From Octopus bimaculoides (Eukaryota), in contig NC_068981.1 in NCBI RefSeq assembly GCF_001194135.2, positions 136,317,339 to 136,381,338 of the forward strand: a DNA stretch of 64,000 nt. Reading direction: 5' to 3'. Positions within the stretch are counted from its first letter, which is position 1. Each line of letters starts with the position of its first letter. The notes under the pieces were generated by a model. The model saw nothing but the letters and a program-made list of their open reading frames with translations, was not told where the DNA came from and ran no database searches. The position numbers and the translations under genes are program-made. Shown in pieces: positions 53,966 through 64,000 of the stretch.

Positions 53966-55929
53966 TTAAGCTCTTTGTAATGAGTAAGGAAAAAAAATGA
54001 AATATGTATAATCTATGCATCTTCTTCCTTGTTCATTGATTTAAAATTTGGACTGATAATTCTACCAAGATGTATCAAGAAATAATTAACTCCTTTGCAT
54101 TAACTGACCATAAGGGTACACTAGGTGTTAAAACTAAAATGCCTGGTTATTAATTTAGAAATTTTCAAGTTTCCACCTATGTCTGATTTACATGAGACTA
54201 TTTCTTGTATTCCAGAATATATCAATAGAACTTGGATGTTAGGTGCCTCCTCTCACAAAACAAACAAACAAAAAAAAAATACAAATCAAATTTTTACTTT
54301 CCACATTTGTTGGGGGAAGAGTGGAAATTTAGATTACAAGTAAATAAAAATAGGACCTTCAGAATACTTCGAGTATGAAGTTCTTTGTTATGCAAATTAA
54401 TGAAAATTTTCTTAATTGTTTGTTTTGGCTTGAAACCAGATTAGAAAATGCATAATATTTTGTTTAGCAAATAAACTTCAAATATATATTAGTTGTTTCA
54501 AATATCCTGACATTTTCTCTTGCTCAAGGCAATTATCAATTCAAATATAACAATATTTGAAAGCATCTCAATTTTCTGGCTTTCGAACAATATTTTCGTG
54601 TATTCTAATTTGTTTTCACCTATTTTTCTTCTCTTACATTCCCTGCTATCTCTCTTTTTCTCTTCTCCATCTTGAAATAGCATGGAAAGTCGTAGATATA
54701 CTTTCAGATGGAGCTTAATAAAAATAAACTCTTTCAGGAAATTATTATAGTGTAATGCCCCATACCCTGCCACATAATTTGTCAATTTGGCTTCGATTGA
54801 AATGTTGCGTGTGATGTTAATTAATTTTCATCTCTTCTTGCCTCATCATGTTATTACCAATACCATTTAAATTTGACATTTGGAGAAACTAACAAAATCA
54901 AATAGGTTTATAATTGCAATATAGTGACATCTTTAGTATTATTCTATTATAATTATCCACTGATATTGTCTTTTTTTCTTTTTGCTGTGTCCTATCATAA
55001 TGGCTTAAGAAAATTATCTATCTTGAAAGAAGCATTCTGTTTGTTTTTTTGTGGTGTTTTAGTTTTTTTTCAAATTTGACTATTTTCCTCTGAATCATTA
55101 ATGTTATTGAATGAGTGCAGTAACAAAAGAATATTATAATTGACAGTTTCATTAATATTTCATTCTTGTTATTTTTTCTGTAAATGACAATCATTTATTT
55201 CTGAGTAGAGATTGCAAAATTAGCCTTCACTGCGATCCATATTTATGGATTTCAATAATTTACCAAAGTGTAAAAGCAAGATAAAAGTAGAAAATGTATC
55301 TTTTGCAAATTACATAAAATGGTTTCATGTGAATTCTTTAGTAAAAGGTTTTTGATTATCACCTCTATTCATGCACACCCCAGTGCATTACATTGCATTA
55401 GACTGCATCACACTGCATCATATATTTGACTGCATTACATCATATTGCAAAGCAGTATATTGCATAACGTGCCTCACTTCATATTTCTACACTGTATGCC
55501 ACATCAGGCATTGCCATACAATGCATAACTACATTGCATCACATGAGCTGAGGAGGTAGCATCTATGCAGTCACTGGATGTGCTAAAAATAGCAGATATT
55601 TCTCTCTCAAATCACACTGTGCCATCTGAAAAGAAAGTAACATTTGCTAATGTAGTCATATATATATATATATATATATATACGCACGCACGCACGCGGT
55701 TAAAAGGTTGTTTCATGGCTTTAGATCAAAGGGCTGATTGGTCAGAGCTGATCTTAACTTCACAACATATCTTTCCACAGTGCCATTGCTGCACACTGTG
55801 ACATCTTAGGGCATTATCTATAATTGTAAATATTTCTGGAGAAATGACCGGTTGCAAAAGTATGGTGTGAAGTTTTGAGAGATTATAGGAAGGGTCAGGT
55901 GTAGTATGGGGGCTTGCAGCATGTTGCAT

Positions 55930-56440
55930 CTACCATTTGTCAATATCTGCTTGTGCCATCCTAGGCAACCTTCCAAGCAGTGTCCAGTCAGCTTGTCTCA
56001 CTGTGAGATACCTCCTCATCCACCACGGCCATGAGGTATATGGCCAATCAGTACAACCTGTCATCCCAACTGGTTCTTTAGACAAGAGAACACTATGTGC
56101 AGGATCCAATTTAGAAAAACCGAGCAGCATAGCCAAACAGTCTAAGCTGACATTCTTGAATTGTACAAGCCACATCTCAGTTTCTGAGTATAGACGTTGG
56201 TTAGTTATGATCAATGGTGACCCATAATTTTGTAAAGTGTCCTGATATCAGAGGAATTCGGGTGGCTACTAAAGACCCTGGACAATGTCCAAGACTTACA
56301 ACTGTAGAACAGGACAGGGAAGACCAGAGACCTGAAAACCCAAACCTTATCTTCTTGTTCAGATATCAGCAATGCCAAATGAAAATTTAATGACGTAGCT
56401 GAAGTCATTTGTATTAAACTTTTGAATGCATCATGTTTTA
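55930..56440 (-). mobile_element. Degenerate RTE-type LINE ORF2 C-terminal fragment (second family)
   Basis: Minus ORFs give KVWVFRSLVFPVLFYSCKSWTLS (cf. RTE 'VLLYGcETWTL') and ITNQRLYSET...LDPAHSVL. Confidence 0.7.
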
Positions 56441-58860
56441 GAGGCATTTGATTTCTACATTGTTTTCGTCAAGTTGTGTACTGTTACATCTATAAACAGC
56501 TAATGGTCAGACATGTTCCAAAACTTGGCTACAATGTCCAGTGTTTAACTGGATATCAATCACTCCAAGTAAATGATTCTTGAGAGAAATGTAAATCTGT
56601 CATTTTGCTTTAATATACTTCAGTTTCCTTGAAGACATTAATCAAAAACCTTTTTACTAAAGAGTATATTGGCTTCCATTTTTATTTTTCAGATTTTGAT
56701 ATCAGGAATAAATTTGGTATTCAGAAACTGAGGCAAAACTATTTATAAAATTAACTGATGTTAGGGATTTTTGTTACATTTTTCATGGCACCAAACCCTA
56801 AATCCTGCCAAAGTAATTTCTTTATTCAACATGACTTACTGGGGAAAAAATTAATAATATTCAATACATATATAGAAATTCTAAATTTATTCTTAAAGGC
56901 TTTATTACTTTTGGGATTAAATGCTAAATTTCTATTCTAGGATCTTATTTTATTTCAACAAATTAGATAACGCTTGTGGTTTAACCTTTTTCTCTTTTTT
57001 TTTTACTGTATGAATAATAGGAGTAATTTTTAGAATTGCAGCTATGACGCATCTATAAATCAAAGTGTGCATGCTTTTGAGTTCAGACTGACCCATGTCA
57101 ATTGAATAACTGAATTTGTAAGCAAGAAAGCTGTTATTTTACAGTGTCACAGAATGAGATGCATTTTAAATGTAAGTAACTAGGACTGGAACAGTTACAC
57201 TTAAGGAAAGTGTATAATGCATAACCATCTTTGTCTCCCTTTCAGTTACTCTCACCCACCCTCACATAATGTGGTGGTATCCATGTATCTCCTCTGTAGC
57301 AATACACTTGTACTTGTCCCTCTATTGTACTTTAGTCTTCAACACCTGCCATACAACCAGCTCCTTTCTCTAGTACCTTTTCACTCGGTCAAGGGTTGAG
57401 ATGTTTCCCCTTTTCCTTTCTTTGCTTTGTCTTGCAAGTTACTTGATGACCTCACTAGTGCTGATGTGATAAAAAAAAAAGCCATGAGATGCACCCTGTA
57501 AAGTGATTGGTATTAGGAAGGGCATCTTGCTGGAGAAACCATACAAAGCTGACATTAGGGCCTGATACAGTTCTGCAGCTCACCAAACTCTGTCAAACCA
57601 TGAAACCCAAGCTGAAATGGACATTAAAAGATAAGATAATAAAATTACAAACAAAACATGTCCCAACATCATGAGATACTTTGTACTTAGAAATCGAACT
57701 CTGAATAGTTTGAACATAGGATACCACTTGGGTTCTTGCTATTTACAGGATATGCAACTGAATTTAGTTTTTCATCTGGTCACATACTCGTATGTTTAAC
57801 TCTGAGAACCTTTTTATTCTTCTTGAATTGAAGATATTAAAATGGTAAGAAAACATTACACACTAAAAGTTAAACATTTTAGTGTTGTGCTACGTGTCCT
57901 GTTACTTGCTCTAAAGTTATTTGTGTTTTCTATTACTAATGCAACATACCCAACTTCTATGAATTCATCATCACTGTTTAACATCTGCTATGCTAGCATG
58001 GGTGGGACGGTTTCAGAAGAGCTGGCCAGGCAGAAGCCTGCACCAGACATCTGTGAATGTTTTGGCAGGACTTTTACAGCTGGATGCCCTTCCTAACACC
58101 AACCAATCTTATCTTCCTCCTTCTTATCCTTACTATTTCATTAACTCTCTGAAATATTTTCCCCTTGCCTACAATTTTTCTATAGGCATTTGAAGTTGTC
58201 CAAACCTAAACATTAACTGCATTACTTTCACCAATGTGAGAGGTGCAACAAAGGTCAGGAATACTGCTTTTACAAGAGTATTGACAGGCTAACAAGTTAA
58301 AACTTCGAAGTCACTTTGTCAGGCTGCAGTCCAAAACTTTGTAGTCGCTGTCACTTTTTTTTGTAAAAGTGTAATAAATATGTACTCTGCAAAAAAGGTA
58401 TTGCATAATTCTTTAATGCTAAATTGCTTTCGTTATAATTCAAGGGAGAGAGATGCATGCACACACGCGCACACACACACACGCACGCACGCACGCACGC
58501 ATGCATGCATGCAGAATTCTCCCATCAAACATAATGTACAAGTGTTCAGCTTTTGCTGAATGATCTGCAGAAATGATTTGTTTATAGTAATCAAATGCAT
58601 GGGCTGTACATTATCTCATTATCTCCATCAAATACATATTGCCTGAACAGGTGCATGGTGTACCACATCAGATTTTGAAGTGATTGCAGACCTGCATGAG
58701 ATGAAGTGTTTTGCTCAAGAACACAACACCCCATTCTAGGAATTAAAACCATGATTGTGAATGCAACACCTTAACCACTAGGCTGTGTGTCGTATATAGA
58801 TTAGTGTTTCATATATCTGAAAAAATGACACACTCTAAAGCATTAGCATAGTAATACTTA

Positions 58861-59050
58861 GGTTGTTTGTTATGACTGGTCAGTGACAAGTGGTTTCACA
58901 CCTATAAGGCACTTAGTTGTATAGGTACATAATCTCTCTACAGTTGTAAAGTTCCTCTGGCCATGTAAGTTTGACAAGTTGCCTATACAGCTAAGTACCT
59001 TATAAGTGTGAAACCAATGGTCACTCTCTGACCAGCCATAACAAACAACC
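58861..59050. repeat. Fold-back element; arms 58861-58925 and 58982-59050 with a 56-bp spacer
   Basis: GGTTGTTTGTTATGACTGGTCAGTGACAAGTGGTTTCACACCTATAAGGCACTTAGTTGTATAGG is the imperfect reverse complement of CCTATACAGCTAAGTACCTTATAAGTGTGAAACCAATGGTCACTCTCTGACCAGCCATAACAAACAACC. Confidence 0.85.
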
Positions 59051-62000
59051 TTCTAAATGATTCAGGCATGGCTGCATGGCAAAGAAGTTTGCTTTGCAAT
59101 GAAGTGGTTTCAGTTCAACTTCACTGATACAAGCAGTTGTTTGTAAGCAGTCTTATGCTAAAACATGGCATAATTGGGGGCAAAATATTACCTTGCATTT
59201 GAAGCAGATGAAGACTGGTAATAGGAAGAGCATATGGTTAAAGAAATCTGTCTCAATGTATCTTGTCTGATTCATGGAAATGTGTATGTGTGAGGGTAAT
59301 GAAGCTGCTTTGGAAAGTTGACCTGCAGCTTTTTTCACTTTTTGCTTCAATTAATTTTTATCAGGTTTCTAGTTGTATGCATTTAATTGGATTATTGCTA
59401 ATTTAATGTATCAGTTCCTTGTATTTACATCTTGATCTTTGTATTTTTTTGAATATTTCTTCAAATCTAACCCCATTTCAAACCTCTACTTTTGGTAGAC
59501 ATTGAGGAAAAGGAGAAAATAAAATGAAGTCTCTTACTGCTTCTTACAGTTTGTTAATGTGGATCACTCTATATCCTGTGGGGAAAATTACTTGGAATGA
59601 TTCTTACTTTAATCAAATCTATTTAAAAAAGAGAAAATTACAGTTACTTTAAAATTAATTATATATAATTCACCTCTTTTACTCAGCATATCTCTAAATT
59701 GATTTTCATGGTGGATGAGCTGTACCTTTCCTGGCAGATAGAATTTAAGAGCAAAAATGAAAATGGAGACTTAGATCTGCTTCACTTTGATCTTTCTATT
59801 ACTGTTCTGCTTGGATAAAACAATCAAAGAAAGGAAAACAACAACAACAACAACAAAAGTTGGAATCTTATTACACATTTCACAATTCGAGAGGTGTTAG
59901 TTTTAATCTATAGCTGTTTGCATTATGACTGTCACATTCAAGTCACATCCAATTTTTCTTGTTGATTCTTATTGATAATGACACTTGTTCAGACATTCTT
60001 TTCACTAGTTCACCAGTTTAGCAATGATTCTTTATACAATCAATCTAACAGCTTCCTCTGATTGTAACTAGTTTCTTTATCAAATTAACTTTTTTTTTTT
60101 CAATCTGTACATGATGCAGCAACAATCTGAAATTTTCAATTTGCTTATCTCAAAACCAGCTGATTGTGTTCTCATCTCCTGCATGTAGTTACTTGCTGAT
60201 ATCACATGCATGCATCTGAATCGGTCACCTTTCAGGTTATGACATCAAAATCATAAGACGACAGCACATTTAACTGCGATCCATTTTTCTACATTGTATA
60301 TGCATATATTTTATCTTGTACATTCCTTACCTCCTCGCTGTCATTGTTTAAAACAGCATGGAGTGATTTTGGTTAGATTAATACAGTGCAGAAGCTGAAG
60401 TATTTTCTCAGACACTATTCAATAATGATATGAGATATAACTGTAGGTAAAAACAATATGGCTTCCATATCTTTTGAAGTATGCTCTTCTAATATTATGA
60501 TGTACAGGAAAAAACATATTTGGTATTTTTAATCATACCATTGTTATATATACTTAGTAGCATACTTATTTGGCTTATTGTAGAAAAAAAATGTTCTGTC
60601 AGAATCTACATCTGTAATGCAGCTTTGATTAGAAATGTTAAAAATATTATGCTTAGAAAAATAAGTTTAGTCCTTTTCATTGCATAATTGTTGATTTGCA
60701 CTTAATAAATTTGAGTGGTTAATACCTTAATTGGTCGTTGCTTAAAAATTATTTCATATACCAAGTTGCCACTTAAAAATTCTGTAAAATTCTCTTTACA
60801 CACCCAGCTGAAATCTATATGAATAGTTTTTGCTTTTAGTCTAACATTTATTGTATTTACTTAACCTATATATTTCTTTTTACTTCATCCTGTTAGAGTT
60901 GCTTCACTGCACCTGTTAACATCACACTTCAAATTGATATGCTTGGTGGAGTTTATTTGTAAACCTAAATTCATACTTCAATACTTGTATTTTAAGGAGT
61001 ACTAAATTAGATAAAAATAGTCATTTTTAAAGTGACCCAAAAGGTTTTATATGTAACTTGTGACAAAATTAACATTTTCTTTTTCTGTGAAACTGATTTT
61101 TTTCCCAATTACAATCAGTTAATATATTTCTGACAAAATTTTGTTGGAATGGAAACTCCTCAGTTAAAATTTAACCACAAGGGAATGGAGAGTGCACAAT
61201 GCACAGATCAGCATTTATTCCTGACATTCAATTTAAAAATTGAATAATATTTCAGTTATTGACTAACCTAACAGATTGATTGACTGAACAATTAATTAAT
61301 TTATTAAATGTTAATGAATTAACTATTAAAAAAATAATAATTATAGAAGTGAAATAGAACCGGTGCATGTTTATCATTGGCATGATGACCCTCCTGAGAT
61401 ACAAAGTCTGTTTCAGCATGAGCCAACATCGAGGATCTTGCAAACCAAATACAAAAATGAAAATTCATTTACCCCTTTCTGCATTTTTCTAGTCTCCTCA
61501 AACTTTTTAGTTGTGTCTATCAGTGGTCCTCACCCAGGTAATGGAAACATACAAGATAGTGCAAGTAGTTTATCAAACAGTCGGGAATAAAATATTTCGA
61601 AGGGAAGGAATAGAGGAAAAGATGAGCAAAATGCCATTATAGCTATGCTTTGAAAAGACTAAATTCATTACCATTTTGTATCTGAAAGATGGCTGATTAT
61701 AATAATCATTAAATGTCCATTTTTCCATGCAGACATGGATTAGATGGTTCGACAGGAGCTGGCAAACCAGAGGGCTGCACTAAGCTGCAATACCTGTTTT
61801 GGCATGGTTTCTACAGCTGTCAATAATAATTAATTCATTTAAGAATATAAAACCATTTACCTTGTTTGTATGAAAGTGGTGAGCTAAGTCAGTTGGATTT
61901 GAACTCATTATCTTTCTTCTTGCCTCTTATATAGTACGCAAACAATATTATTATACTATTCTGTTGATAGATATTTTATCCCCAGTATCATAAATAAGAT

Positions 62001-62060
62001 GTGGTTTCTGAATAATTTTCCCTTCTTGAATTACACTTTGGGATTATTTGAGCACTCCAA

Positions 62061-62277
62061 GGCAACAATCTGGTAGAATTGTTGGAGTGTCAGAGAAAAC
62101 AACTTGTGGTATTCCTCCTGGCTCCTTATGTTCTGAGTTTGAACCCCACTGAGGTCAACTTAGCCTTTCATAGCTCTAGTGTTAAAATAAAGTACTATTT
62201 AAGTGTTTGAGTCAATGGTATCAATTATCCACCTCCTTGCAAAACTACTGGCCTTGTTCCTTAGTTAGAAACCATTA
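62061..62277 (+). mobile_element. SINE family B; related copies at 31520-31675 and 15232-15345
   Basis: Shared GGTAGAATTGTT...TTCTGAGTT..GAGGTCAACTTTAGCCTTTCAT...GGCCTTGT..TTAGAAA motifs. Confidence 0.6.
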
Positions 62278-62426
62278 TGTGGATTCTCTTTTCACACACA
62301 CGCATGCATGCATGACAGCTTTATCTGGATATTTTCTGAATTAAATTTAACATTTACTTAGATCCTTAGCTTTCTGATGCTTGTGTTGCTCTGTATTCAA
62401 AATTGGTAACAAAATCTCTGTTTAAG

Positions 62427-62460
<34 letters not shown>

Positions 62461-62647
62461 GTTACTTTTGAATTAGCTTGTTAGATCACTAAATATAAAA
62501 CCTGAATGGTGCAAATTTTATTCTGAACTGGCGCTTCATGAATCCCAGATGTGTGTGGATGAACCTGTAAACTACAAGGCCATTCTTTTACTACCGACAC
62601 TCAGTTTAGCTGTGACAGAACATGGATATGTTTATCCCCACCACCCA

Positions 62648-62710
<63 letters not shown>

Positions 62711-63899
62711 NNNNNNNNNNNNNNNNNNNNNNNNNNNNNNNNNNNNNNNNNNNNNNNNNNNNNNNNNNNNNNNNNNNNNNNNNNNNNNNNNNNNNNNNNN
62801 NNNNNNNNNNNNNNNNNNNNNNNNNNNNNNNNNNNNNNNNNNNNNNNNNNNNNNNNNNNNNNNNNNNNNNNNNNNNNNNNNNNNNNNNNNNNNNNNNNNN
62901 NNNNNNNNNNNNNNNNNNNNNNNNNNNNNNNNNNNNNNNNNNNNNNNNNNNNNNNNNNNNNNNNNNNNNNNNNNNNNNNNNNNNNNNNNNNNNNNNNNNN
63001 NNNNNNNNNNNNNNNNNNNNNNNNNNNNNNNNNNNNNNNNNNNNNNNNNNNNNNNNNNNNNNNNNNNNNNNNNNNNNNNNNNNNNNNNNNNNNNNNNNNN
63101 NNNNNNNNNNNNNNNNNNNNNNNNNNNNNNNNNNNNNNNNNNNNNNNNNNNNNNNNNNNNNNNNNNNNNNNNNNNNNNNNNNNNNNNNNNNNNNNNNNNN
63201 NNNNNNNNNNNNNNNNNNNNNNNNNNNNNNNNNNNNNNNNNNNNNNNNNNNNNNNNNNNNNNNNNNNNNNNNNNNNNNNNNNNNNNNNNNNNNNNNNNNN
63301 NNNNNNNNNNNNNNNNNNNNNNNNNNNNNNTATGACGGGATTCTAATTAAAAAATTTTCTCTCTGCACTTATGTGAATACTATGCATCCATTTATTTGCA
63401 TAAGTAATGTGTGCATATCTAAACATGTTACAAAAGTTAAAAACAAAAAAGTTAGAATATTTTTCTTATAAAGGGGTTGGGCTTAGATACTGTAATTTTT
63501 AACAGCTGAATCTTTTTTAAATTGAATTTTTAATTCTTCTGAAGAAAGGTTTTTTTTATATAGTTAATGATGAATATATATTTTTTTTAAATGAAACCAA
63601 TGATGACTTCAAGGAAGAAATCATTCTGCACCTAATATAGCTTTTATTTTTTTTTTTTGTGAGAAATGGAGTGCATAAAAACAAGATCAGTGCTCATTAT
63701 GTCACCTCCTAAAAATTGTTAAATTTACATTTTACAAATAATGCAAAAGTGTTGTGTGTATGTAGTTTGTGTACATGCGTACACTTACACAAAGGGTAGG
63801 ACACATTTTAAATGCAACTAGGACTGAAACAAGGATATTTATTACAAATATTAAATATGTATCCCATCAATGAGACGCTCATATAAAAATATTTTACAT

Positions 63900-63939
<40 letters not shown>

Positions 63940-64000
63940 ATTGTGTATATATATATATATAACTTGTGTATATATATATATATATATATAAATTGTGTAT

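Noticed and set aside
61363-61590. 75-aa ORF with a coding-like look
   Set aside because: No recognisable family, and it contains a pyrimidine tract. Only the internal 27-nt exon candidate was retained.

Overview
AT-rich, repeat-dense animal genomic DNA from a gapped draft assembly (8 N-gaps). The SINE/RTE repertoire suggests an octopus; this is inference. Almost the whole window is intronic to one + strand gene, of which three in-frame coding exons are well supported (6569-6675, 41965-42079, 52553-52626; introns 35,289 and 10,473 bp). They encode KLWSTYQKYMKGDCIPFNSIRDAFNELNIYPSLTQ-V-HEMVWSTKECPAHNSGEGLGFGEFCVFVNELEEYYKK-G-QDGLKAVKEIQKCQKAEKTKYKDQ, a degenerate EF-hand pair that resembles, from memory, the N-terminus of Raw/OLRN-1-type proteins. 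The introns hold a decayed Buster-type hAT transposon with intact TIRs and an 8-bp TSD (43507-45358), three MITE types, a fold-back element, two RTE LINE fragments, many tRNA-derived SINEs, a tRNA-His pseudogene and microsatellites. The most striking structure is a ~390-bp, ~98-99% identical inverted duplication (40673-41063 / 43246-43635), made of one transposon end plus host flank, that brackets the second coding exon. None of the supplied six-frame ORFs is a real host gene; a few are transposase or LINE fragments.
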